This document shows, piece after piece, positions 63,200 through 64,000 of a stretch of DNA of 64,000 nucleotides (its first letter is position 1; the number at the start of each line of letters is the position of its first letter). The stretch comes from Mobula hypostoma (taxonomy: Eukaryota), in contig NC_086097.1 of NCBI RefSeq assembly GCF_963921235.1, positions 159,962,001 to 160,026,000 of the forward strand. Reading direction: 5' to 3'. The notes beneath the pieces are model-generated. The model was given only the letters and a program-made list of their open reading frames with translations, was not told the DNA's origin and ran no database searches. The position numbers and the translations under genes are program-made.

Positions 63200-64000
63200 A
63201 ACAAACACAAAAGATTCTACAGATGCTGAAAATCCAGAGCAACTCACACAAAATGCTGGAGGAGTTCTGCAGATTAGGGAGCATCTACAAAGAGGAATAA
63301 ACAGCTGATGCTTCAGGCAAAGACCCTTCATTATGACTGAAAGGAAGAAGGAATTTTCCAGGGGCAAGATTACACAAGGACTGCTCTCTCCGTGGTTCCT
63401 TTCTCCATTTGTCGCTCCCCACTAAGTACTACACCTGCCCATTCACCTTCTCCCTCACCTCCATTCATGGACCCAAACATTCATCCAAGTGAGGCATCAT
63501 TTCACCTGTGAATATTTTGTGGTTGACTACTGTATAAAGTGCTTATAATGTGACCTTGTCTACATTGGTAGGACTCAATATAGATTGGTGTACTCCTTTG
63601 TTGAACACCTCTGCTCCTTCTGCAAACATCAGGATTTTCCAGTAGCAAACCATTTTAATTCCTATCCCCATTCCATTCTGACATGTTGTTGAATTGCCTC
63701 CTCTTCTGGCACGATGTGGCCACCCTCATTTTAAATGAGCAACACTTCATAGTCCTTCTAGGACCTGATGGCATGAACATTGAGTTCTGGTCATTTTCCC
63801 CCTCCCCCCTCCATCTTCTTTAATTCCCCATTCTGACCTCTTAGCTCTTCTCCTCTTTGCCTATCATCTCCCTTGGTGCACCTCCTTCACCTCTCCCAGG
63901 GTCTACTTGCCTCTCCTATCAGATTCATTCTCCAGCTCTTTACCTTCTCCACCTATCACCTCCCAGCTTCTTACTTTGTCCACTCTCCCCGACCCACTTG
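63200..64000 (+). mobile_element. Penelope: inverted pLTR (63200-63340, minus) followed by decayed GIY-YIG and 3' UTR (plus), running off the window
   Basis: gaggcatcatttcacctgtga...tacattgg...cctgatggcatgaacattga homologous to 4593-4919. Confidence 0.85.

Noticed and set aside
1..64000. CRISPR array, prokaryotic operon or non-retroviral endogenous virus
   Set aside because: No repeat-spacer array or viral hallmark ORFs; most short ORFs are TE fragments or their antisense shadows

Overview
Eukaryotic (vertebrate) genomic DNA, most likely a cartilaginous fish such as a ray (inference from HE1-like V-SINEs, many CR1 subfamilies with 7-8 nt tandem tails, and the Penelope repeat type). No confidently identifiable host gene. 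Most of the window is decayed, often nested transposons: many CR1 and Rex1/Babar LINE fragments, Penelope-like elements (GIY-YIG, RT, and terminal repeats carrying minimal hammerhead ribozymes), a HERO-type RLE retrotransposon, an L1 3' end, an internally deleted Nimb/I-type LINE, a Tf1/sushi chromovirus with a self-priming PBS and -1 frameshift site, solo LTRs, RTE-related SINE-like elements, and Tc1 and hAT MITEs. Best hidden signals: an intact minimal type I hammerhead at 5213-5250 with several decayed or palindromic relatives, and a speculative pair of minus-strand candidate exons. TE boundaries are approximate unless a TSD is given; family names come from motif recognition, not database searches.
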